Origin: a virus | Lineage: Duplodnaviria; Heunggongvirae; Uroviricota; Caudoviricetes | DNA: 23,140 nucleotides | Direction: 5' to 3' (one strand) | IMG/VR virus record: IMGVR_UViG_2869924733_000002 | Part shown: piece by piece, positions 7,882 through 16,389 of the stretch | Position numbering within the stretch: the first letter of the stretch is position 1 | Layout: the number at the start of each line of letters is the position of its first letter | Made by a program: the position numbers and the translations under genes | Notes under the pieces: model-generated | Seen by the model: only the letters and a program-made list of their open reading frames with translations | Database searches by the model: none | What the model was told of the DNA's origin: nothing

Positions 7882-8797
7882 GGCTGTGTCCCTTAATCAT
7901 CTGAGCTATAGTAACTGTCTGTTTACACAACATATTGAACTATGGCTCGCTACGACCTTCCCGATGAGGCATGGACCATCATCAAGCCCCTGTTACCTCC
8001 TGAACCCGCCACACCACGGGCCGGACGCCCATGGGCTGAGCACCGTAAAATCATCAATGGCATGTTCTGGGTGTTATGTTCCGGTGCACCATGGCGCGAT
8101 TTACCCGAACGATATGGGTCATGGAAAACTGTTTATAACCGCTTTAACCGATGGTCAAAGTCAGGCGTGATTAATATTATTTTCAACAGGTTGCTTTCGC
8201 TACTTGATGCAAACGGCTTTATTGACTGGTCTGCCACCGCGCTGGATGGCAGTAATATCCGGGCGCTGAAATGTGCCGCCGGTGCTCAAAAAAACATCCC
8301 GATATCGACGGAGATAATGGGCCGGGTCGCTCTCGCGGCGGTTTTGGCACCAAAATCCATCTGGCAACAGACGGAAGTGGCCTCCCGTTAAATATCGTGC
8401 TAAGCCCCGGACAAGCTCATGAAAGCCAGTTCGCGCAACGACTTCTGGACGGGATTGGCGTTCAGCGTCAGAACGGCAGCATGAAACGCCGTGGACATGC
8501 GGTACTGGCTGATAAAGCGTATTCAGGGCGCGCATTGCGCAACGAGCTGAAAAATAACGGTATAAAGGCAGTAATCCCCCGAAAGTCAAATGAGAAAATG
8601 GCATCGGATGGACGTGCACAGCTTGATCGTGATGCGTACTGCAATCGTAATGTCGTTGAACGGTGCTTTGGGCGGCTGAAAGAATATCGCCGCATCGCCA
8701 CGCGTTACGACAAAACGGCGAGAAATTACCTGGCGATGGTGAAACTGGGCTGCATCCGACTCTTTTATCAACGCTTACGTAATTAAGGGACACAGCC
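7882..8797 (+). mobile_element. IS5-family (IS427-group-like) insertion sequence, 916 bp
   Basis: Perfect terminal inverted repeats GGCTGTGTCCCTTAAT (7882-7897 and 8782-8797). TA duplication at 7880-7881 and 8798-8799. Confidence 0.9.
7942..8786 (+). CDS. IS5-family DDE transposase made from two frames by a -1 frameshift at an A7 run
   Basis: OrfA (7942-8391) and OrfB (8271-8786) overlap. A7 lies at 8288-8294. A -1 slip gives ...GAQKKHPDIDGDNGPGRSRGGFGTKIHLATDG... Confidence 0.85.
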
Positions 8798-8803
8798 TAG
8801 CCA

Positions 8804-9887
8804 TTAATCACCCCATAGTGAAGAAAAGTTACTGCTGGCTGCTGGCTGTGATACCTGCTCAGATTGCGGCAATGTCTGCGACGAAGAAGAAGTTCCTCTG
8901 TCAACTGCTGAAATAACCCGCAAAGCATCATAAGCTCGACCAGAAGCAGCTTTCAGCGAATTGAACTGGTTTTCCATCTTCCGGCGCTTGGTATCAATGG
9001 TTTTTGTGGAGTCGCCAGGCTGAGGGAAATACATTTGATAATATTTTGACATTTCAGCAGGTGCGATAGCTGCCCCTGTTTCCTGACGGAGTATTGCCAT
9101 TATTGCGTCATTAGCATTAACAACGTATTGCTGCTCTGTTGGGCTGAGCGTTAAGTTAGCCAGCGTCCCATTACCCAAAGCATTATTAATGATCGCCACT
9201 CGCTGTGGGCTAAGCTGGTCTTTCAGTGTATCTATTGAATCAAGAGCATCCCTAACCCTGTATGCAAATCCAGCAGCTTTTTTAGCCCCTTCTGGCGACT
9301 TTTCCATGATCTTTTGGGCTGTTGGCAAAGCTATTGGACGAAACCCATCTCCAGATATTGGCTGGTTTAGTTTTCCCTGCTCTTCACTTCCGTCTGTGTA
9401 GTATTTTGTGACAGTGCCATCATCGTTTTCTCTAACACTCATTAATTTTTTGGCGTTTGTATTAATTCCAGCCGCTGCCGCAAATGCCGCCGCCCCCTCT
9501 GGATCCGCCTTTAACATTTGAGCGTACTGATTGTAATTCTGCATTGCTGCTGTTGGTGCATATGCTGACGTTAACGCATTTGCTCGGCTAATATCCTGCC
9601 CTCTCGCCTGAAGTGCTTCGCCAGCCTGATTGCTGCGGATTGTCTCTGCCAACTTGCCACGCTCAATATCCCGACCTTCCATTTGATCTTTGATATCGAA
9701 ATACTTCTCATGACCGAGAGAAAACAGTGCCATACTACCAGCAAGCCGCTGGAATCCCTGTGGATCATTAACATGCATTTCGGCAACAGACTCAGGAGAA
9801 ATTCCCAAGCGACGCATTTCATCTTCGTTATCTGCTATGAATTTTCCAAATGCCCCAGTTCCGAGCGAAGATGCGATTTGAGCACTA
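8804..9887 (-). pseudogene. P22 gp20-type DNA-transfer protein, 3' portion (split by IS630)
   Basis: Continues in frame from 11041-11380 once IS630 and one TA are removed (...HLATSAQIASSLGTGAFGKF...). The restored gene is 473 aa. I recall P22 gp20 as about 471 aa. Confidence 0.7.
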
Positions 9888-11040
9888 AATAGCTGCGCTT
9901 AATACCGCTACACTTTTGCCAGTCCATGTTTGCCTCCGGGGAATGGGCTGACGGTTTCCATAAAATGGCGAACTTTTTTCAACAGTTGCCACATTGAGCG
10001 GCACTGATGATTACGCGTTATTGTGTCGTGAAGTGCCTGCCATAGCCGTTCAACATGATTCACCCATGGCGAGTAAACCGGCTGATAAATGACCCTGAAC
10101 TTCGGGTTCTCCTTCAGCCAGCTCTGTGTTTCCCGGCTTTTGTGGATAATGTAGTTGTCCACGATCAGCGTGATGGTTTTCGCCCGACGGTATGTCGCTT
10201 TAAGCCGCTTCAGCAGGCTGATGAACAGCGCCGAACTTTTGCTGTTGCCGCCCACATAGCTGACTTTACCTGTCCCGCTGTGCAGCGCTCCGGCCAGATA
10301 ATATTTTTCATTCTGTCCCGGCGTGACCACCCGTTTTTGCTGTCCGCGCAGTTGCCAGTCCGCACCGATTTTGGGATGAAGATGGATATCCACTTCATCT
10401 TCATAAAAGACCGGATGCTCTGCGCTGCATTCGTCCAGTGCTTTATGGATTGCTGCCATCTTTTCATCTTTATGCGGGTCACGGATACGCAGAGTTGGCG
10501 CAGCCCTTCGCCACACAATCCCCGCAGACGGCAACCAGCGGCGAACGGTTCCGGCATTTAACTGGCAACCGGTTATCTCATTGATTTTTATTGCCAGCAG
10601 TTCTGTACTCCAGCGTGAACGCTGGTAGCCAAAGTCGCCGGGAGAATGTTTTACCAGCTCACGTAACAGTGTGCAGATATGCTCAAACGGCCAGCGACGG
10701 GCACGCCCGGCAGGTAATGATTTCAGTCCCTCAACACCCGACTGCGTGAACCAGTTAATCCAGCGTCCAACAGAGGAACGGGCGCAGCAGAGCGTTCTGG
10801 CAACGTCGCTGACACGGTCGCCCCGGTGCAGCATCAGCATGGCAGTCAGTCTGCGGGCATAATTTTTATCGTGTGTTTTATGGATGGCTTTCTGCATCAG
10901 GCGTCGTTCGTCACGGGAAATTGGTGCTATGATCGGCATTGCTCAGTCCGGTTGGTGATTTGTTTTGATTTGGCGATTGATCAGATCGCACAATCCGGGC
11001 TAAGTTCCCTCAAAATGATCTACTATTCCGCGCAGCTATT
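9888..11040 (-). mobile_element. IS630, 1153 bp
   Basis: Imperfect terminal IRs beginning AATAGCTGCGC at both ends. TA duplication at 9886-9887 and 11041-11042, which restores a CTAG target. The 1153-bp length matches my recollection of IS630. Confidence 0.9.
9908..10939 (-). CDS. IS630 transposase (343 aa)
   Basis: Full-length ORF MPIIAPISRDERRLMQKAIHKTHDKNYARRL... recognised as the IS630 (Tc1/mariner-like DDE) transposase. Confidence 0.95.
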   Translation of the reverse strand: MPIIAPISRDERRLMQKAIHKTHDKNYARRLTAMLMLHRGDRVSDVARTLCCARSSVGRWINWFTQSGVEGLKSLPAGRARRWPFEHICTLLRELVKHSPGDFGYQRSRWSTELLAIKINEITGCQLNAGTVRRWLPSAGIVWRRAAPTLRIRDPHKDEKMAAIHKALDECSAEHPVFYEDEVDIHLHPKIGADWQLRGQQKRVVTPGQNEKYYLAGALHSGTGKVSYVGGNSKSSALFISLLKRLKATYRRAKTITLIVDNYIIHKSRETQSWLKENPKFRVIYQPVYSPWVNHVERLWQALHDTITRNHQCRSMWQLLKKVRHFMETVSPFPGGKHGLAKV

Positions 11041-11380
11041 TAGTCGCAAGATGACCAATAGAATTTCTCTGGTCGTCATCAATAAAGCCCATCCCTTTCT
11101 GAACGCTTTCAAATTCTTCTGGATACTCAGAAATAAGACTGCGCATTTTGTTTCTGTCTCCAGACTCAAAAGCCCCGGCATATGCTTTCTGAAACTCTGC
11201 TTTACGCTGTTGTTGACGTGCCTGCTGATTAATCTCAGCAACGCCTCTTAGCCCCTGTAGCGCCATTAAACCTACGTTTGGGTGCTGCTGATACTGCACA
11301 GGCTGAGGAACGGAAGAACGAGGAGCATTATCATTTTGCGGTGCCATGCTAGGCAGCCCGCCAAGTTGCCATGTCGCCAT
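11041..11380 (-). pseudogene. P22 gp20-type DNA-transfer protein, 5' portion
   Basis: The start overlaps the gp7-like stop (TAATG). The apparent stop at 11036-11038 lies inside the IS630 end. Confidence 0.7.
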
Positions 11381-12057
11381 TAGAATCCAAGCCCCCCAAC
11401 AAGACCAATAAGCCCACCACCAATAGCCCCGGCGACATTACCTATACCCGGAACAACGGAACCAAGTTGCGCACCCGCTAAAGCGCCTGATGCCGCCCCA
11501 CCAATACCACGCGCAAGACTGGATGGCTGCTGCGCCTGACCTGCACGAATAGCGCCAAGCCCCTGCAAGAGTTGCCCGGTATTATTGGCGTAGTTTTGCC
11601 CTGCTGTTGCCTGCCCTGATGCCGCATTCATCCCGACATTTAGCAGGTTTCCATAATTTTGCATTTGCCCACTGAGCCAATTGTTATAAAGCATGGGCGC
11701 AATGGAAGATAACTGGTTACTGGTAGCTGTTGAGCCAAGCCCCCCGGTAGCTTCTGCTGAGACAAGGTTCTGATAACGGGCCTGATCTGCCTGTGTTTTA
11801 TATAAACCAGAACCAAAGAAATCATTCGCGGCTTTATTCTGCCCTTCCAGAGTCATCAGTCCTTGCAGTTGTTGTAAAGCAGGCAATCCGACTTCTGCAT
11901 ACGGCTTGAGATTATTCATCACCGTATTCCACTGCTCGCGCTGCAAATCAATTGCCTGCTGCTGGGCCTTCGCCTGAGCTTTAGAGGCACCACCATCACC
12001 GCCTTTTTCGTATACGGCACGATTGAGATGTTTATGAGCTATATGGGTAATTAACAT
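11380..12057 (-). CDS. P22 gp7-type DNA-transfer (ejection) protein, 225 aa
   Basis: Size and position match gp7 (about 229 aa as recalled). It has a Gln/Asn-rich body and a Gly-rich hydrophobic tail, and is translationally coupled on both sides. Confidence 0.7.
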   Translation of the reverse strand: MLITHIAHKHLNRAVYEKGGDGGASKAQAKAQQQAIDLQREQWNTVMNNLKPYAEVGLPALQQLQGLMTLEGQNKAANDFFGSGLYKTQADQARYQNLVSAEATGGLGSTATSNQLSSIAPMLYNNWLSGQMQNYGNLLNVGMNAASGQATAGQNYANNTGQLLQGLGAIRAGQAQQPSSLARGIGGAASGALAGAQLGSVVPGIGNVAGAIGGGLIGLVGGLGF

Positions 12058-12512
12058 TCGCTGAATTCCTTATATTGTTGCCGAGTTAACTGATAAAGCG
12101 TTACGCCGACGGGTTTACCACATCTGATATAAGCATCATCAAGGTGACCAACACGGGTAGCGCCAAGCAAACGGATAATTGCCCGTCCATATTTCGTGGT
12201 GTCAGGAACCATAGTGATGCTGTTAAGGAATGGTGAGTTTTCGAGAAGCCATTTGCAGAATAATCGATGCCCTTGCAGTGCATATTCACCACGGAATCCG
12301 GGGTCGTACACCGCATGGCATTCAACAACGCTATGCCAGAAGTTACGCACTTCATGAACGCCAGCCAGCACTAATCCTTCGTAGATGCCGAGATATACCG
12401 CATCAGGCTTGATGTAGTACGTGTGCCCCGGCTCAACAATATTTTCGGTATTGCCTGGCTCGTTAAGAAAGGCCTGTAATCGCACAGGGTTATCAATAAA
12501 TTTTAGTTCCAT
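12051..12512 (-). CDS. gp14-position protein (DUF2824/GNAT-fold-like), 153 aa
   Basis: Sits directly upstream of the gp7-like gene, as gene 14 does in P22-like phages. YDPGFRGEYALQGHRLFCKWLL resembles a degenerate GNAT motif A. The family name is from memory. Confidence 0.55.
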   Translation of the reverse strand: MELKFIDNPVRLQAFLNEPGNTENIVEPGHTYYIKPDAVYLGIYEGLVLAGVHEVRNFWHSVVECHAVYDPGFRGEYALQGHRLFCKWLLENSPFLNSITMVPDTTKYGRAIIRLLGATRVGHLDDAYIRCGKPVGVTLYQLTRQQYKEFSEC

Positions 12513-12528
12513 GCGATGCCATCCATTT

Positions 12529-12690
12529 TCACATACAGCCTGCCAGCGCCTTATCTATTAACCCTCGTGCAATTTCATGCAGAGTTGGCGCTACTCCAAT
12601 TCCTGATTTTTTACGCTGCTCTTCCTGAATTTTCTTTATCGCTTCCATTTGCTTCTCACTTATCAATACCGGCTTTACTGAAATAGCCAT
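12529..12690 (-). CDS. Ribbon-helix-helix (Arc/Mnt-like) protein, 53 aa (below the ORF-track cutoff)
   Basis: My own translation gives MAISVKPVLISEKQMEAIKKIQEEQRKKSGIGVAPTLHEIARGLIDKALAGCM. The pattern is beta strand, helix, G-x-x, helix. RBS AAGGGGG lies 5 nt before the ATG. Confidence 0.55.
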   Translation of the reverse strand: MAISVKPVLISEKQMEAIKKIQEEQRKKSGIGVAPTLHEIARGLIDKALAGCM

Positions 12691-12702
12691 AACGCCCCCT
12701 TA

Positions 12703-12729
12703 TAACTGTATAAAACAACAGTTATTATA
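12703..12729 (-). promoter_or_regulatory. LexA (SOS) box overlapping a perfect TATAAT -10
   Basis: TAACTGTATAAAACAACAGTTA at 12703-12724 is CTGT-N8-ACAG with 7-bp palindromic arms. TATAAT (minus strand, 12729-12724) abuts it, about 34 nt upstream of the RHH start. Confidence 0.6.
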
Positions 12730-12784
12730 GTTTCACAAATCGCAATATTCATCATCGTAATTGCAGAATATGAAACAAATAGCA

Positions 12785-12816
12785 CAAAAAAATGCCACCG
12801 CTCAGTAGCTGGTGGC
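12785..12816 (-). terminator. Rho-independent terminator (minus strand)
   Basis: GCCACC-N11-GGTGGC followed by A+T7 on the minus strand. It lies between the primase/ori region and the SOS promoter. Confidence 0.5.
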
Positions 12817-13011
12817 GTCGTTCTGTGTGTCAGGTTTTGACAGGTTTTTTATGGACTCTAAAAACTATATTTATGGTGTCGCATTACTCTTCACGGCAGG
12901 CGCTTTTCAGTTCTGCCCTTGCTTCTGGCTCCATTGGTAATTTGATTCGCGATCAGCTATGCGGATGGTTTGCTGAACAGGCATAACAACTTCTCAGAGG
13001 CTGTTTTTTGA

Positions 13012-13086
13012 ACTACGAAAATTTCGTAGTGCTCACTTTCAAAAACGTCACGCCCTTGTACACAGGATTTTACGAAAGTCTCGTAA
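13012..13086. promoter_or_regulatory. Two operator-like palindromes sharing a TACGAAA half-site
   Basis: ACTACGAAA-a-TTTCGTAGT at 13012-13030 and TTTACGA-aagtc-TCGTAAA at 13068-13086. Confidence 0.3.
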
Positions 13087-13136
13087 AACACTCTCTGATG
13101 CCAGCCAGGTGTTGTGCGCATCAATTCAGTCACATT

Positions 13137-13256
13137 GTGTTGGTTCAAAATACCGTGTTGTTGGTTCAGTGTTGGTTCAATAAAAAGAATAAAATCCTTA
13201 TAAAACAATACCATTTACAAATTGAACCAACTGAACCAACTGAACCAACACCTTTT
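13137..13256. repeat. Iteron/origin-like block R, immediately 3' of the primase-helicase gene
   Basis: TGAACCAAC x3 in tandem at 13223-13249, an AT-rich spacer, then three GTTGGTTCA-type repeats at 13137-13180. This is the mirror image of block L. Confidence 0.8.
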
Positions 13257-13274
13257 CTACGCACATGAAGAAGC

Positions 13275-16034
13275 TCATTCTTCAGATGAGTTATAATCTC
13301 CTGGCTGGTAATTGAGTACATAAACGTTTATTTGTCGTCCCTGAATACGTGGTGATTTTCTTTGGTATCCACGACCGCTGTTTGGTGGGGTTAGCATCCC
13401 GGCTTTTTTCAACACTTCAGCAAACTGTTTTGCGTTGAAACCACATGCGATCTCCTTTTCAAATGTGGCCGGGAATGTGTAGAAAATCATTGGGCTTTCG
13501 TCATGTTCTCCACGCTGACGGTATCCGGCTAAATCTTTGATGGGCAAATCTGCCGGGCTGTATGGAAATGGTGCAAAACGGCTAAGCCCATAGGCATTAA
13601 GAAATGCCTCCGTTTGTTCAATAATCTGCTGATGTTCTTTGTTACCTGTGCCGAACTCGCGCAACCATGCGTTATAGCTGTGCTGTATCGCATCACGGCA
13701 TGTCTGAGCATCCCAGCCTGTTACAACCTCGCCTAACAGCAATGCGGCCTCCAGAATGGCAAATCGCGCGGCTACACGGTGAACCTGCTCACCATAATCG
13801 GATGGGATCAGGTTTCTCCATCTGCTTTCGCAATCACGAACGGTTTTAATAGCCTGTTGCTGGTGGTCTGCCAGCCATTTAATCCACTCACGCCCGGCTG
13901 CGCCGTGGTGATGCTGGTAAGCGTCTTTCAGTGCGTCTGCGTGCTGTTTTCCGTTCTGGTAATCGTGAAAGCGTACTGCTTTACTCAACGGAATATTCAG
14001 CAGTCGCACCAGTTGCCCGGCTTTGGTTTTTCGCCCGGAAGTAGCGATAAATGTTTCTAAATCCATTTCTCCGGTGCTGATTGCCACTGTACGCCAGCGT
14101 TTTAGATCCCGGTTTCCACCATCTTTAGCGCCTTGCAGTTTCCCTACACCGTTAAATAACGCATAGGCAGACTGTGAAACGCTGACAGGATCAGCGCCCT
14201 GACCAACTTCATCAAGCGGCATTAGTCCGTCATTGTGGGCGGCGGCCTCATTTGCCAGCCCCAGCGCGGTTCCGTACCACGTCAGCCGCAGTAAATCAGG
14301 GTTGCCGTATAAGCTGCTCGCCACGTTTGCCGTGGTGGTCTTACCTGCGCTCGACTGCTCATAGAAATGAATGCCGAACCCGTCAGCGCCCACCAGCCCA
14401 ATCAATGGCGCTGCCAGTGCTGCGCCGATCCCGGTCATCATTGAATAGTTACCAAAGGCCAGACGCGCCACGTTATCACGCCAGCTTTTCGCGCTCCCTG
14501 AGACGGTATATCCGGCTGCGGCTGAGCTTCTCCCGCTGAACAGCACAGGATTTTCAGGTGTTCCGATGATTTCCCCATCAGGCATGATGTACGCTCCGCA
14601 TTGCCAGCCAGTGGCATGAGCAACACGCCACAATTCACGAGAGCCACTGCGTTGTAGCCAGTCTGCCAGTATTGCTCTGAGGCTGCTTTTGGTCGTGACA
14701 TTTACCCCACCAGCTTTAAGTGTGCGCCATCCTTCACGTTCACCAATATCAGCCAGTGGAATGGCAGCGGTTGTCGGCGTTTCAGAACCAAACGACAGCC
14801 AGCGAAGAATGAGATACTGGTCTTTATCGTCTCTGCCAGTACCGATAACGCTTAACGGAGAACATAACCAGCTTTCGTTATTGATGATTTCTCCACTCTG
14901 GCTGTCAGCTCTCGGAGATACCCAATAAATACCATCCTCGCGGCTTTCTATTCTTGGTTTCAGTGGGTCGGTATCCATAACCTTAAAATCGCTTCCCTCA
15001 ATGGTCTGTGGCTCCTGTTTCACGCCATTACCCTGTGGTTGGTACATTGACTTATTGAACGCTTCTGTGGCGCATTTAATGCCGTGTTTTTGGTGGTAAT
15101 CATTCCAGTCTGCTTTGTGATCTGTCGGGGGTAATGCCACCCATCCAGAAACAGATAAAGCTGCTTTTTCTGCTGCTATTCTCCCCGTGTTTTGTCTTCC
15201 TTCGCTGTGGTCGTTATCCGCAGCAATGATGATTTGTGCTGAAGGAAATTTATCCCGCAGTACCTGGGCGACATATAACAGGTTCCCGGCATCAATCGCC
15301 GCCACTGTCAGCGCCTCTGGACGAATTAAATGGGCAGATAATGCCGTTGCCAGCCCTTCTGCGATTAAGATGCTCTGTGTTGTTTCTGGCGCGTTTATGG
15401 CGTGATATGCCCCCCGCTTTGCTGAACCTGTCAGGAGTCTTTTTTCACCATGTGATGTAATAGTCTGTGCTGCTGTGACTGCGCCGGATTTATCCACCAG
15501 CGCCAGCAACAGAGATCCATCGGGCAACACGGGGAATGTAAAATCACCTACCCCTTTCGCAACCAGATAATCAGATTTGCCGTTTACAGCCTTTCTGCGC
15601 ATGTCATCAAACTGACGGGAAAACGTATCCCGTCTTTGTTGTTCGTCCTTCTCTGCCCTTTTCAGGCGCTCCTGTTCGCGTCGCTGGCGCTCGGTTTCCA
15701 GTTGTTCCCGTTTCTGGCTGGTGGCTTCTGGTGTTTCCGTTGTCCGGTAATCAATACCCAGAACATCAGCGGCAAGAAGCGCCGCCTCTGTTGTGTCGCA
15801 GTTATTTACGCGTTTAATTAAATCCAGCCCATCACCAGCGCCGCACTGATTACAGATGAAGCTACCGCGCCCGTTGTCATCGAACCGGAATCGATCTTTG
15901 CCCCCACATGCAGGGCAGGGAGCATGACGGCGCGGAGAGTCAGGGACATTTATGTTCAGGCAGCCCAGCACATGAGGCCAGTTGTTTTCAGACGCACTGA
16001 TAACCTGACGGATAAGATCAATGTTTCGCATCAC
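13275..16034 (-). CDS. P4 alpha-like primase-helicase (zinc ribbon + TOPRIM + DUF927/SF3-type P-loop), 919 aa
   Basis: CPACGGKDRFRFDD...FICNQCGAGDGLDLI zinc ribbon, a TOPRIM-like ILIAEGLATA...IIAADND, and Walker A in YEQSSAGKTTTANV. The start is GTG 16034 or ATG 16031. Confidence 0.9.
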   Translation of the reverse strand: MMRNIDLIRQVISASENNWPHVLGCLNINVPDSPRRHAPCPACGGKDRFRFDDNGRGSFICNQCGAGDGLDLIKRVNNCDTTEAALLAADVLGIDYRTTETPEATSQKREQLETERQRREQERLKRAEKDEQQRRDTFSRQFDDMRRKAVNGKSDYLVAKGVGDFTFPVLPDGSLLLALVDKSGAVTAAQTITSHGEKRLLTGSAKRGAYHAINAPETTQSILIAEGLATALSAHLIRPEALTVAAIDAGNLLYVAQVLRDKFPSAQIIIAADNDHSEGRQNTGRIAAEKAALSVSGWVALPPTDHKADWNDYHQKHGIKCATEAFNKSMYQPQGNGVKQEPQTIEGSDFKVMDTDPLKPRIESREDGIYWVSPRADSQSGEIINNESWLCSPLSVIGTGRDDKDQYLILRWLSFGSETPTTAAIPLADIGEREGWRTLKAGGVNVTTKSSLRAILADWLQRSGSRELWRVAHATGWQCGAYIMPDGEIIGTPENPVLFSGRSSAAAGYTVSGSAKSWRDNVARLAFGNYSMMTGIGAALAAPLIGLVGADGFGIHFYEQSSAGKTTTANVASSLYGNPDLLRLTWYGTALGLANEAAAHNDGLMPLDEVGQGADPVSVSQSAYALFNGVGKLQGAKDGGNRDLKRWRTVAISTGEMDLETFIATSGRKTKAGQLVRLLNIPLSKAVRFHDYQNGKQHADALKDAYQHHHGAAGREWIKWLADHQQQAIKTVRDCESRWRNLIPSDYGEQVHRVAARFAILEAALLLGEVVTGWDAQTCRDAIQHSYNAWLREFGTGNKEHQQIIEQTEAFLNAYGLSRFAPFPYSPADLPIKDLAGYRQRGEHDESPMIFYTFPATFEKEIACGFNAKQFAEVLKKAGMLTPPNSGRGYQRKSPRIQGRQINVYVLNYQPGDYNSSEE

Positions 16035-16389
16035 CGTACCCCACGTGGTCTATAGCGTTTGCGATATGGCTAACCAGCATCTGCCACTTGGTTATTCCGT
16101 AATCAGTCAGCATGCCATCATTGTTTAGCCACATATCAAATTCAGCGGTTGTCGCAAGTTTCCACTTATCGCCGTGGACAGTCCTCATTGCTGGGTACAT
16201 GAATGCGCAAATCAGATCACAAACATCTGACGGCTTCAGAGATGTAGTAATGGTGCGTCCCTCTGGCGTCTGAATTGCCATTTTCTCTTCACCAGTAGAA
16301 TGAAGGTTATGAATCCACACAGCACCAGCAATCTTTGCCACCTGCTCTCCGATTGCGGAGCTAAGCGCCATTTCTGCATTTTCACGCAT
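16018..16389 (-). CDS. Hypothetical protein, 123 aa (family member 3 of 3)
   Basis: Start overlaps the upstream stop by 8 nt and follows GGGAGG. Shares YP...TV and DG.LTD.G..WQ..V motifs with its neighbour. Confidence 0.6.
   Translation of the reverse strand: MRENAEMALSSAIGEQVAKIAGAVWIHNLHSTGEEKMAIQTPEGRTITTSLKPSDVCDLICAFMYPAMRTVHGDKWKLATTAEFDMWLNNDGMLTDYGITKWQMLVSHIANAIDHVGYGDAKH

Noticed and set aside
12051-12690. RHH gene followed by a GNAT-like gene, read as a TacAT/AtaRT-type toxin-antitoxin pair
   Set aside because: The RHH protein is only 53 aa and lacks the C-terminal toxin-neutralising extension. The 153-aa protein lacks a clean R/Q-x-x-G-x-G/A acetyl-CoA motif. It is also translationally coupled to gp7/gp20/gp16-like genes in the position of P22 gene 14. 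Synteny favours a virion-associated role.
12792-12986. 64-aa ORF (+) between the terminator and the palindromes
   Set aside because: It has no RBS, overlaps the terminator hairpin, and is Trp/Ser/Leu-rich. The minus strand here holds only 16-25-codon ORFs, so I treat the region as intergenic or regulatory.
12957-13214. 85-aa ORF on the minus strand downstream of the primase
   Set aside because: Its 5' half is a translation of the iteron block. The internal Met has no RBS. The repeated (F/H)YE(T/I)FV peptides simply mirror the two TACGAAA palindromes.
13529-15821. Numerous 60-95-aa ORFs inside and antisense to the primase-helicase gene. The same applies within the gp16-like gene, the gp20-like gene, IS630 and the integrase.
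   Set aside because: All are nested within long, motif-supported CDSs on the same or opposite strand. They are typical shadow ORFs.
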